This document shows positions 39,253 through 50,956 of a DNA stretch of 64,000 bases, piece after piece. Numbering within the stretch: position 1 is the first letter of the stretch; the number at the start of each line of letters is the position of its first letter. Source of the stretch: Tricharina praecox (lineage: Eukaryota). The stretch covers positions 124,001 through 188,000 of the forward strand of contig NW_026250411.1 in assembly GCF_024521635.1 (NCBI RefSeq), written 5' to 3'. The notes under the pieces are model-generated. The model ran no database searches. It saw only the letters and a program-made list of their open reading frames with translations, and was not told where the DNA came from. The position numbers were made by a program, and so were the translations under genes.

Positions 39253-42200
39253 ACTTTCGCTTGCTTTTTTATATATATTTTTTGAACCTTCGCTTCTTCG
39301 GTATCTATTACTTACAACATTCGACATTACATACGGGGATCGATTGCGTTTGTTTGTTTACATTTTTACATTTTTTTTTCCCAAGTCACACTCATTCGGC
39401 ATTCCTTTGTCTCCCAGGGCGGGCGGTGTTTTCTGCTTTCTTTCGCTTTCTGCACATAAACTGTATCTTTATCTGTATCGGCATAACGGCGCGTGTGGGG
39501 TTTTTTTTTTGGTTTAGGCTGGTTTATTTTTTGTTTTTCGCTTTTCATTATTTATTTGCTTAACGCGGTGGGGGGCGGGGTTTTTCTATTTTATCGATTG
39601 TACACTTCCTTCTTTGAGGGCATCGGGTTGGGGGGTTTTCGTGGTTTACTTTTTTTTTGCAGTCCGTTTTCGGAGAAGTTAAAGACGGGGCACACAACTA
39701 GCATAGCAAGCAGGGGTTTTGGGGATCGCGAGGTTTTTTTTATTTTTTTTCGTCTTTTCATTTTTTTTTGACGAAAGGAGTCTTATCCAACTTTTAGAAA
39801 GATATGTTTTTTTTGGGAGGGGGGCGGCGGACTTGAGAGCGGCTTTTCTTGTCTGACGGGTATCTCCGGTAGGGAGGAGGAGGAGGAGGAAAGGTTGGAC
39901 TTGGACTTGGACGTGGGACGTGGCGTGGATAGTTGTGGATGGATGTGGATGAAAGGCAGTTGAATCGAACAGGGAAGGTCGCGAAGAATAACCAAGATTT
40001 TGAGACTTCCAGTGCTGTAATCCGAGACGAGCAACGCAATACTTGATACCTGCCTGCTGGGTATAATTAATCTCAACTGTGCCACTTTCGATCTCACCTC
40101 AACTTAACTCATGTCACCTCTCCCGACATGACTACCTGAGCACTTACCCACATACATTTCATACCCAACAGCACACTAACACTAACATTATGTAGAGAAG
40201 TTAATGTCGGTTAATACTTCTACTTTACTTGACTTCACTTTACTCCTCCAGTCCAGAGGCCAGGGCCCAGGATGCCAGGTATCGACTATCGACTATCGAC
40301 TGTGTATCGATCATGTACAAACATATCGCCTTGATATCACCAGCTGTTTATATCCCCTCCAGCCTCGGCGCTAACCACTCACTATACATGTCGTGCATCA
40401 GCATCAGCATCAGCATCATCGCTCTCGAATCTCGAATCTCGATGGGTACACAAGTACCTGTAAGGTAAGGTAGAGTAAGTACCGCAGTTAGCTACTTCGT
40501 TAGTTATATCCAACTCCGTCACTGCGTGTCATGTCATCACGATTCAGTGAGCACGGAACGGCACTGGCACGGCACTGGCACTGGGAACCGTATGTAAACG
40601 TGGGAATTTGGAACAAACCCATGTTTAGAAACATGGGCGGGGCTCCGTTCACGTGTCAGCAGGCGGTGGGCGGTGGGCGGTGGGTGTGTCCTCATCATCA
40701 TCAGTGTTTCTCGTTTCGGATATTGGAAACTCAGCTCAAAAACCTTGGTACCTTCTTCGAATCCCCGATTCCGCGGCCCGCGCTAGGTGTTCACGAGAGT
40801 GAGGGAGGGAGAGGGAGAGGGAGGGAGACAGGCGCGGAATTTCTGGGTGAGGGGGGCAAAAGCGTGGGGTTGATTACTGCGACGAATCGGTGGCACAACT
40901 CTCGCCCTCTCTCGTGAGTAGAATAGAGTATCCATTGCGTGGGGAGCTCGACCTTTCCGACTGACCGACCGGCCACAATCGTTTCGTGTACTCTGGGCAG
41001 GTACTCCTTCCGGGAGAAGGAACGTTGGGGGGGGCGTTGGGGGGCGTTGAGTGGGGGGATATAACCTATCGTATCGACGATGATCGATAATTTACGGTTC
41101 TATCGGTTGCCATAGCATAGAACCATGGAGGTAACTATCGAGCTGGCTATCATGTCCCCCATCATACATCTGATAGAGTAGAGTACAGGCTTCCGTAAGT
41201 ATCATAGTAAACTCCGCATCAGGGTCCTATTTAACCCACGCAACCTACGTACGCGGCAGCTGGCTGGGTGCTGGGTGCTGGGTGCTGGGTGCTGGCCAAC
41301 GAACGAGCGAAGCAGGAGGAACAGGAGGCAGGAGGAGCAGGAGGGAGCGTCCACAGCCCGGCGACAAGGCCCAGCCAGCCAGCCAACCAGCCAATAAGCC
41401 AATAAGCCCCACTGCCTCAGCACTCAGCCAGCCTGGCCCCACCACCACGCACCACCGGGCCCACACCCACACCCAGCTCTCCGCTCTACAACTGTTCCCA
41501 GTATCTATGTACACTCTACACTCACACTAACCCTTCCTTCCCCGGCCACCCAATCAAGACAAGCGTCCATCAGCTCGGGTATCACGCCGAAACGACGAAC
41601 AGACAAGCGAGGGAAAGGGAAAGGGAAAGGGATGGATGGATGTGTGGATGGATGGGTGGGTGGGCGGCTGCTGCTGCTCCTGCTGGGGGGCCCAGCGGGG
41701 GAGGCTGTCGTCTTTTTTTGCGTGCGTGCGTGCGTGCGTGCGTCGATCTGGCTGCTGACGTTATATCTCTTTTTTGTTTTTGTTTTTGTTTTTTCCTTTC
41801 CCGGGCTGTGGGTGTGTGTGTGGGTGTGTGTGTGTGTGTGTGTGTGGGTGTGGGTTGTGTGTGTGTGTGCTCGCCACCAACAAGAGCAGCAGCAGCAGCA
41901 GTGGGAGCAGCAAAGCTAAGCTAGGGAGGGATGAAGGAAGGTGTTGTGAGGTTTTTCGGTCATTTCTTTTTTACTTCTTTCTTCGTCTTCTTCCAACCGG
42001 TAGGTGGGGTTTATATGTAATTTGAGCTGGCCTGCCTGCCTGCAGCTGGTAGGTGGTGAGTGAGGTGCTGGCTGCAAATTCCATAGCTAGAACGGCGGGG
42101 ACATCACCGGCTGGCTGGCGAGTTCTCACAAACTGAAAATGCGCGAGCGACTGACTCGTAAACCCCCCACCCCTAACTAATTCCTCCTCCAGACTCCTCC

Positions 42201-45200
42201 AGGCTCCTCCTCTTCAAGACTCCTCCACCAACCCGCAGCAGGCAGGCAGGCTGACCTCAGTCGGTGAGCAAGTCAATCGGGCGTCCCACTTACTTATCTC
42301 GAATCACTGCAACTAACTATAGTACTAGCACCTACCGACTTGCTTACTGGGCCATAACTGGGTACTCTACTCTTCTCCACCAACTCACCTGTCGGCGGAC
42401 ATGATGGGTGGACGCACCGCGACACCGGCGAACGAACGAAGCTCCACATGTATGTGTGTATGGTTTATTCTGGTATTTGCTTTTTCGCTGCCCCTAGGAT
42501 GTAGGTACTCATCGGATCCCTGGAAACCTAGGCCCTTCTTTCTTCCTTCCTTCCTTTGCTTCCGTCTCGTCTCGTCTCGTCTCGTCAGATTACCCCACAA
42601 AACGGAACGAACGAGCGAACGAACGAGCGAACGAGCGAGCAAAAGAGGGGGCCGCCGCATCGTGCGATAATACTCTACTCTACTCTGCCTACTCTATGCT
42701 ATGATGCTATATACACATCCCCCCTCTATCGTGCTCTAGTTAGCGGCCTCGAGTATTTCGCTCTATGCGCGAGTTGTTTCTGTGTCTCTCCGCTCCAAGT
42801 GTCTTTCTTTCTTTCTTTCCCTCCTCCTTCTTCGTTCGCGATGACGATGACGATGATGATCATGGGTTGGGCTGGGGCGGTCGCCGGTCGGTCGGATGAG
42901 TGAGTGGGCTATCTACTCTACCCAAGTAGAGCATGCACAGTGCTGGCCAGCCAGGCCAGCCAGGCCAGCTCTTCCTTCCATGTGCACGCAAACCACAACC
43001 ACCACCGAGACCTGCGGATCCCATCCATGCATCTCAGAGTCTCAGACACCACAAGCACGAAAATAAAATAATAACAAAACTGAGCAAAAACAAAAACAAA
43101 AATAGCGACCACCTCACCAGCCACATTACTCTATCTACTGCCTGGCCTGCGTTCAACTTCAACATTGCAAACAAACCGCCCCATTCCCGTCCCAACCAGT
43201 CGTCCCCTCACGCTTGGCGGAACGTGCAGCATGACATGTATGTGTGTATGTCAGTACTAGAGTACACATACATATGCGTCCAACACAACGGGGGGCAGGG
43301 CGGGGGCGGGGCGAGGCGTCGCGGAGCATGCGTCATGCTTTCTTTCCCTCTCCATCCTTCAGCTCAGCTCATCGAATGGAATGGAATGGGATGGGGTACT
43401 CTAGCTATGTGGATATGTATGTGGGTATTTATCCAGCCGGAATGTACCGTGACTGCCCATACATACATATCGGGTACATATGATGTGCATAGGTACTCGA
43501 TGGAAGCGTGGAGGAAGCTGGAGGAAGGAATAGATACCGGGGAGGGGCTGTACCATACACCACAGGACAGGACTACGGAAGTATGTACCTATGTCCTTAC
43601 AGGTGGAGTACATACATACACACTCTACATCTCACCTGGAAACCCGTATCGAAACGCGTACGCTTCAACTTCACCTTCGCCTTCGGGGGGTACCATGCCA
43701 TAGGTGTATATCGAGTTCGTATCCGTCATCATCCATCATCCATCGTCCGGTGTGCGGCGTTCACTCGTCGGTATCTACCTGTATACCCAGCTAAACAAAA
43801 TACGGTACCTACCTAATCTGCCTACCTGCTCTGGATAGATACGATGGCGTTTCCCTCGCCTTACATACATACGATCCTTTACGTTGGATGCTCTAGAGCA
43901 GGTAGCTACAATGACCCGTGGGCACTGGGCACTGGGCACTGGGCGCAGTCGCCGATTCAACATTCAACCGACGCACTTGCACCACTATTTACTAGCTACC
44001 ACCACCACCACCACCACTACCATCATTATAACAAATAATACACACACGCACACACACACAAACCCATAGAAACACCACACACCCACGGGTACGGGGCAAA
44101 TCTCGGTGCAGCCGATATGCAACTACATGAGCGGATCTACCAGGTATCTAGGTAGCATGTAGGTGCGATAGAGTACTCTAGGTACATGCTAGTACTTCGA
44201 TAAGTACCCAGGTCGTTAGTACCACCTATATGTATGTTCCAACTCGCCTCTGCCGCGCCGCGCTTGTGGCGCGCGCGCACTACTCTCCGCTCATTCGCTC
44301 TACGCAGAGCCCAGAGCATGTATCCAGAGTAGGTAGCTGTCTGTCTGGCTGTTGGTTTGGTGGCTGAATATGGTGCGACTGTGATTTCGGTTGGAAGGGA
44401 GGAGGGATATCGATGGGATGGACCTGGGGAGGAGGGGGCCCGCTGTTCTGGCGCTGGGGAACAGAACATACCCGGAGTCCAGTCCCGGAGTCCCAGGCAG
44501 CTGGTGAGTGGAGCATGGTGGAGTATGGTGGAGTGGAGTGTCGTCAGTTTGATGCGCACGGAATCTCACTCGCTATAGTAGCGATGGAGTAGTGATCCTC
44601 CATCCTCTACCCAGCCCAGCCCAGTGACTCCACCGCGGTACGCAAGCCGCACGTGAACCTGTCTCTCCTCCCCCTCCTCCTTCATCTTTCGCCGGCCGGT
44701 CGACCGATGCTGTGTGCGCGTGTGTCATCGTCATCCGTCTCTTTCCCCGGTTTACCAGTAGTTTCACCCTCTTTTTTTCCCCTTTTCTTCCCTTTCCCTT
44801 TCTTTTCTTTTCTTTTTCTTTCTTTCTGTCCAACCGACACTCCGGGGGCCGGGTCTGGCTCCAGGTCTGGGTCCGAGTCCGTGGCTGGGGCTGGGGCTGG
44901 GGCCGGGTCCGGATTGATCCGCGGAAACCGCCCCCTCCCCGACTATTCGCGTTTGGGCCGCCACCCAGCCAACCCACGTGAACACGACACGACCAGACAA
45001 AGACAGGACAAGACAAGACCCGGGGCGTGGCGCGGCGTGGCGCGGCGTGGCGTGGCGCGGCGCGGACAACTTTGCGGCCCTCTCCCTCCCCCCCGGCCCT
45101 CCCCCCCGGCGCCCTCGCCGCCGATGTCGGGGCCGTGGTTACATGTGCAGTAGTTACAGTAGTTAAGTTAGTTGCTCTAGTGCAAGATAGATGTGAGATG

Positions 45201-45815
45201 CGTTACCGTCTTGCATGCTACCGATATGATGATGATGATACATAGGCGTGATGGCCGGTGCCGAGTCTCCCGGGCTACACATGGCCCAGCTCGAAAAAAA
45301 AAATAGAAGAAGAAGAAGAAGAAGAGAAGAAGCTACCGGTATCTGTCGGGTCTAGAGTAGAGTATCGGGTCTGGAGTAGGCCGTGGCACGGACCTACCTA
45401 CAAACCCATCATCACCTAGATGAGACGAAGTTCGAACGGAGTTTTGTTAGGTCGTTTATCTAGGTGGTTTTTCTTTCCCTCGTGGTGTTGGGATCGACGC
45501 ACTAACTACCGTACTCTAGTCTACTCTACTACGCTACGCACGCCCGCCGTGATGGTATGTAGTGTTGGTGCTGGTGTTGGTGGTTTGTGATTATCTGCGA
45601 GCGAGCGTCGAGCGAGCGTCGTGTTCACCGAGAGTCCGAGACCAAGACCGAGACCGTGGCCGCGGCCGAGGTTTATGCACATAGAAAGTTTTCTTTTTCT
45701 TTCTTTTCTTTTTCTATTTTCCCAGCACAACACAACACAACACAGATGCAGAAAGAGAAAGAGAAACAGAACCAACATGACATGCCCCCCCAGGCTCCTT
45801 CCTTCGGCGTATACA

Positions 45816-45955
45816 GTAGAGAGGTTGTATGGCAACGGAACATGTATGCCATGAGAATTTCCGGACGCTAAGAGATCAGCCTAGGTCCAATTGAGTTAGT
45901 TAGAGTCCGGAAATTCTCATGGCATACAGGTTCCGTTGCCATACAACCTCTCTAC
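45816..45955. repeat. Inverted repeat / hairpin: 56-bp arms with 2 mismatches, 28-nt loop
   Basis: Arm 45816-45871 (GTAGAGAGGTTGTATGGCAACGGAACATGTATGCCATGAGAATTTCCGGACGCTAA) is the reverse complement of 45900-45955 except at 2 positions. Confidence 0.95.
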
Positions 45956-47331
45956 CAAGTCGGTAGTATTTCGCCGCGCGATCCTCGCGAGACCCGTGAG
46001 ACCCGCGAGGCTTGGCGGAGTCTCGAAAGCGCGTCCATAAGAACAACAGACAACAGACAACTCGGGCCCTCCTCCTGCGGTCGGTCGGTCGGTCGGTCGG
46101 TTGGTTGTTGCTAACTGCGGACGACATACTCTACCTGGATATTAGAGTGCATATAGGTCCGCAATGCATGCATCAACGAGGCGACTCGTGAGTCGTGAGA
46201 CGGGTTGTTTCATGCTTCATGCTTCGTGGTTCATGCTTCATGCTACGGACTTCGTGGTTCATGCTACGGGCTTCGTGGTTCGTGGTTCATGCTTCGTGCT
46301 ACGGCACCATGTACATACCTCATACATACTCTACATAGGGAGGTATGTAGTTATGCTATGTTGCTTGTCCACCCGCCTACATGAGCTTCGGATGAAGTTG
46401 CAACTTGCAAGGGAACGGGTAGGTTGTTCGTCCGGGTATCTATCTAGAGGGTGGAGCCAGTGGCCACAGCTGCCTGCTCGGTGGTGGTGGTTGGAACTTC
46501 GAACTTACCAGTGGACTCAATCGCATGCTCAAGGATCGCCCTCCCCCTAGTCCCCGCAGTCCCCGGTCATCCATCGCCAGCTGTCTCTCTGCCGTTGCTT
46601 TCGACTAGGTACCTATCCACCTAGATATGTGCTAGATATGTACGGTGGTGGTGGATGGATGTGGATATGGATATGGATCGGGGGTTAGTTACCGTATGTA
46701 CGATACGGGTTACGGGTTCATTTGTGGTACATAACCAGGTAGGTACTCGAGAGCAACAGCAACAGCTACGGCAGTGGGCGGACGGGGCTCGAACATCAAC
46801 ATGGAGCGCGGCAGAGTGACGTGAGACGTGGACGTGGACACTGGACGCCTATATGGTACTACACATGTATAGGTAGGTGGTATCTATACCTAGTAGATAC
46901 ACAGAGCAAATACGTGGGTAGGTACATAGAAGCCGGACTATGCTACATAGGAACTCGAAATCTCAATCCCAATCCGTGCTGTCACTAGCAGAGCTATGTA
47001 CCTTGTACATACGAGCAGTTATGTACCCTGGGAGGTCGGGGTCGGGGTCGGGGTGGGGTTGAGTCGTTGTCGTGGTGGTGGGGAGGGGGAGCGAGCACAA
47101 GGACGGGACTGCCGAAAGCGAGGCGAGACGAAAGAGCCGGACCCGAGCGGACGGAGGGAGGGAGCTGAAACGGCGGATATATAGTACTATATCTAGAGAG
47201 CAAGGCGACCCCGACCCCCGACGACGCGAGTGATATATGTACCGGTGTATGAATGTTCCGCACGCCGCGTGCGGATAATGCTGGTCCTTGTCCCTGTCCT
47301 GGCCCTTGTCCTGGCCCTGGTCCTGGTCATT

Positions 47332-47376
47332 GAAGGTGAGGTGAAGGTGAAGGTGAAGGTGAAGGTGAAGGTGAAG
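47332..47376. repeat. (GAAGGT)n microsatellite
   Basis: About 7 units, one imperfect. Confidence 0.85.
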
Positions 47377-48557
47377 TCGAAGCCACGCGAACGAGAAGCC
47401 CTTAATATCGCCTCTCCATACGTTCTCCATACGTATGTACTGAGTACATATGTATGGAATCCCACAGGGCCACAGTATAGTAGGTAGGCAGTGTCGATGC
47501 GCGTCCCACTACCATAACCAGCACGACCAGCACGACCAGCACGACCAGCAGCGGCAGTAGTAGCTGCGAGGGACCAAGTACCCGGCAAACACTCCTTCCT
47601 TCGTTCCTTCCTCCGCATCCGTCGATTCCCGACCAGGGAGTGCGACGGAGAGGATAACAAAAACTCGCAATTCGGGGATCACCCTCGTCACCCTCGTCGC
47701 GCTCAGAACTGCCGTGCGGAGTTCGGACGTCGCCGCACCAGCACCAGCACCAGCACCCGTGGCCTCCACGTCCTCTGCCCGCCGCAGCCCGCAGCACAGG
47801 TCTTGCTTGGTATCATACTTGCTGCGATCGTCGCGGGTGGACATGGACACGGATACGGATACGGGCGGGGCGGGGCTGTGGCAGTCCCGTATCGACGCGT
47901 AGTGGGGGTTATCGAGCGATACGAGCCGCATTCCTTCCCTGGAGACCGGAGTGGCCGACTGCGGCTTCGTTGGAATGTCACGGTGCGCGGACGGAGTGCG
48001 GAGTGCGGCGGTCGGTAGTGCGTGCGTACCTACCGGTATGTAAGTACCCGAGTAATCCTCCCGCCCCCGGCGCGCTCGCTGCTTGCCTAGCCGGCTCTTA
48101 TAGTAGTGCTGGCTGCTGCCGACAGCTGCTCCGCATATACGAGGCATTAATCACCCCCCGCTCTCCGACGATGTGGCAGCTATATGAAGAGCTGGCTCGA
48201 CGGCAGATTTTTTTCTTTTTGCATGAGATGGCACTCAAATACGCTGTCCGTCCGATGTACGTCCGATATTATCTGGCTGCTCATGCCGAGTGAGTGGTTC
48301 ACAAGGCGTAGGGACATGGGCCGGGTTCTCTGGAGTAGAATAGGTATCTACCGGTGCCTACGGCACCGGAGGAGACATGGCAGTATCGATCACTCGAAGT
48401 TCTGTGGAGATTTGCAAGTAATATTCAACTCGAATTCTGTGGGTATCTCTCCCATACGACTCTTTGATTGCAGCTGGCGTTCCACTGCTCATGGGCGTTT
48501 CACCGTGAGATATGTACGGTATTCGAAAAATTATACCCGTGCTGGTCCAACGCCAAA

Positions 48558-49829
48558 TCATGCATCCGCCAGCATCTCCACGTCCACTCCCATCCTCCAC
48601 TTCTTGACTTCCTCAATCATCTTGCCCAGCTCCTCTCCCTTCATGCAGCCCGGCAGATCATGTAAACTGTATCCCGCCCTGTGATCTGTGACTCTATTCT
48701 GCGAGTAGTTGTACGTGCGCATCTTGTCGCTCCTGCCGGCGCCAACCTTCGCCGCACCCCGTCTCAGAGCCAGCTCCTCGGCCTCCCGCTGATCCCTGCG
48801 CTTCTGCGCGATCCTACTCTTCAGGACCGACAAGCACTTCTCGCGGTTCTTATGCTGACTCCGGGTGTCTTGAATCGCGGCCACGGTTCCAGTGGGAATA
48901 TGCGTCATCCTGACCGCCGAATCGGTAGTGTTGACGTGCTGCCCGCCCGCGCCCCTCGCACGCATGATGTCCACGCGCACATCCTTCATATCGATGACCG
49001 AGTCGGGGTCCTCCTCACCTTCCGCCAGCTCCGACGTGGGGAACGACGGCAGCACCATCACCGTCGCCGTCGACGTGTGCACCCGGCCCTGCTTCTCGGT
49101 TGCGGGGATCCTCTGCACCCTGTGCACCCCCGCCTCGAGCCGCATCTCTTCGTACGCCCGCTCCTCCGTAATCTCGAAGATCCCCTCCAGCAATCCATCC
49201 CCCGCCTCCGTCTCATGCAGCGACACGACCTGCACGCCCCACCCACGGATGGTGCAATACGCCATATACATCCTGTAGAGATCATTTGCGAAGATCGCGG
49301 CCTCGGAGCCCCCAGTGCCGGGCCGTATCTCGACCAGCGCAGGAAGATGCGCGAACGGATGCGGCCTAACCAGCGCCTGCTGTATCCTGCCCGAAAGCCG
49401 TTCTACGGTCCCCTGGGCGACCGCGAAATCCTCCTCGGCGAGCACGCGCAGCTCGGGATCCAGCGCCTTCTCGTTCATCATGGCGACGAGCTCGCCCACC
49501 GCCGCCTGCGCCTCCTCGTACTCCGCCAGCGCCCGCGATACCCCGCTGAGCTCGCCCACTCGCCGCGCGATCTTGCCGTCGAAGCTGCTGGATAGCTGCG
49601 CGTTCAGCGTGGCGTGCTCGTCACGCATGCTTTGCGCTCGTTTTAGCAGCGCGGGTGATAGCCCTGCTGCTCGCGGCGCTGTTCTCAGATAAGCGGTTTA
49701 TCCTTCTCGCACCCTGGGACTGAATACAATCGACGTACCGCTGGTCTGGAAACATCGTTGAGAAATACTACTACTCGTGAGCACTCGTGGTGGTGGTGCG
49801 ATTCGGCGGATGCACGGTCGAAGGAACAT
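48558..49829 (-). CDS. MRF1: Mitochondrial peptide chain release factor 1
   Basis: Exon 49829-49739 is an Arg/Ser-rich presequence (MFLRPCIRR...), then intron 49738-49679 and exon 49678-48558. Motifs: EIRPGTGGSEA, EAGVHRVQRIPATEKQGRVHTST (PxT), GAGGQHVN (GGQ) and RTYNYSQNRVTDHR. Confidence 0.95.
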
Positions 49830-50956
49830 GGTGAAAGAGGTTGCGAGCACGTACAGCTGGGAAAATGGAAAAATTGGTGGGGCTGCTCGCCAAGCTGTGG
49901 CTTGACTAGAGTACAAGCCCACTCAATCCGTCTGCCATGGGGCGTAGGAGTGCGCACTGCGCTTGTGTGTATATGGATTTTTATAGATGTTCCAAGCCCA
50001 TTCTCGTCTTCAAAGCCGTGTATCCATCGACACGTATGCGAACAAGCTGACTCAATGCTGGATCGACTACCCATTTGGCCTGGCCTAGCTGGCAGCCATC
50101 CATTCAGTGCCGAATTAGTGCGCTTGCGGACATCGTGCTCCAGGTTCCTTTCCCGTAGTTATTCCAAGCCATGGTTATTCCAAGCCGTATGTAGCCACTG
50201 AAAAGTAACAAGTATGCAAAAGAGCTATCTCGACTGCGACCTAGACTCACGGGTCCCAGCACATCCAGCCATCCGGATGAGACGAACCAGCAACAAGCCG
50301 TGCCCATCCACTCATCACCACTCATCACCACTCCTTGCAGCACCCGGCTCGAGCCTCGTTCCAACCGAACGAGTGAACCATTCCGGCGAATTCCCAGCGA
50401 CCAGCAGCCCGCAGCCAGCGACCAGCGTCTCGGTCCGTGCCGGTTGTTGTTGTTGTTTCCTTCCCTCGGGCCGAAAGAAGGGCCGAACAATGGGACAGAA
50501 CGTCCATCCCAAGCTATCATAGCAATACACAGGGTCAGCTGGGTCAGCTGGGTTGGCGGGACTAGGTATTCCACCAGGTGAGCTCCGATAGCCATGGAGA
50601 CTCGTGAGGGGTCATTCACAGACCCACGGTGTATACATACTCGATGACTGGCCGCTGGCCACACTGTAGGTGTCACGCGTCCCCCGATTCGCAATTCACT
50701 AGGTACTGAGGAAGGAAGCATCGCTCAAATTCCGGTAAGAAGCTTTTTTCTGCACGCACAAAACGCAGACCAAGCAAGTAGATAGTAAGCAATATGAAAA
50801 GTAAGCAAAACGACAAGCAAGCAACCCGACAAGCAAGCAAGCAAAACGGCAGACAACCAAAAAGACAACCCAACACACGCCGTCGCAAATCCCCGCCCAT
50901 CCCAAAAACGCAACAACCAAAACACTGTCCCGCCCTCCTTCTTCCAAGTAGGTAGT

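Noticed and set aside
42933..48293. ORFs of 150-256 aa downstream of the desert gene
   Set aside because: No coding-like composition or motifs, and they run through SSRs.
48681..49595. 304-aa plus-strand ORF, and similar antisense ORFs over COP1, PARP, BRX1 and the golgin
   Set aside because: Antisense shadows caused by the high-GC3 codon usage of the real genes.
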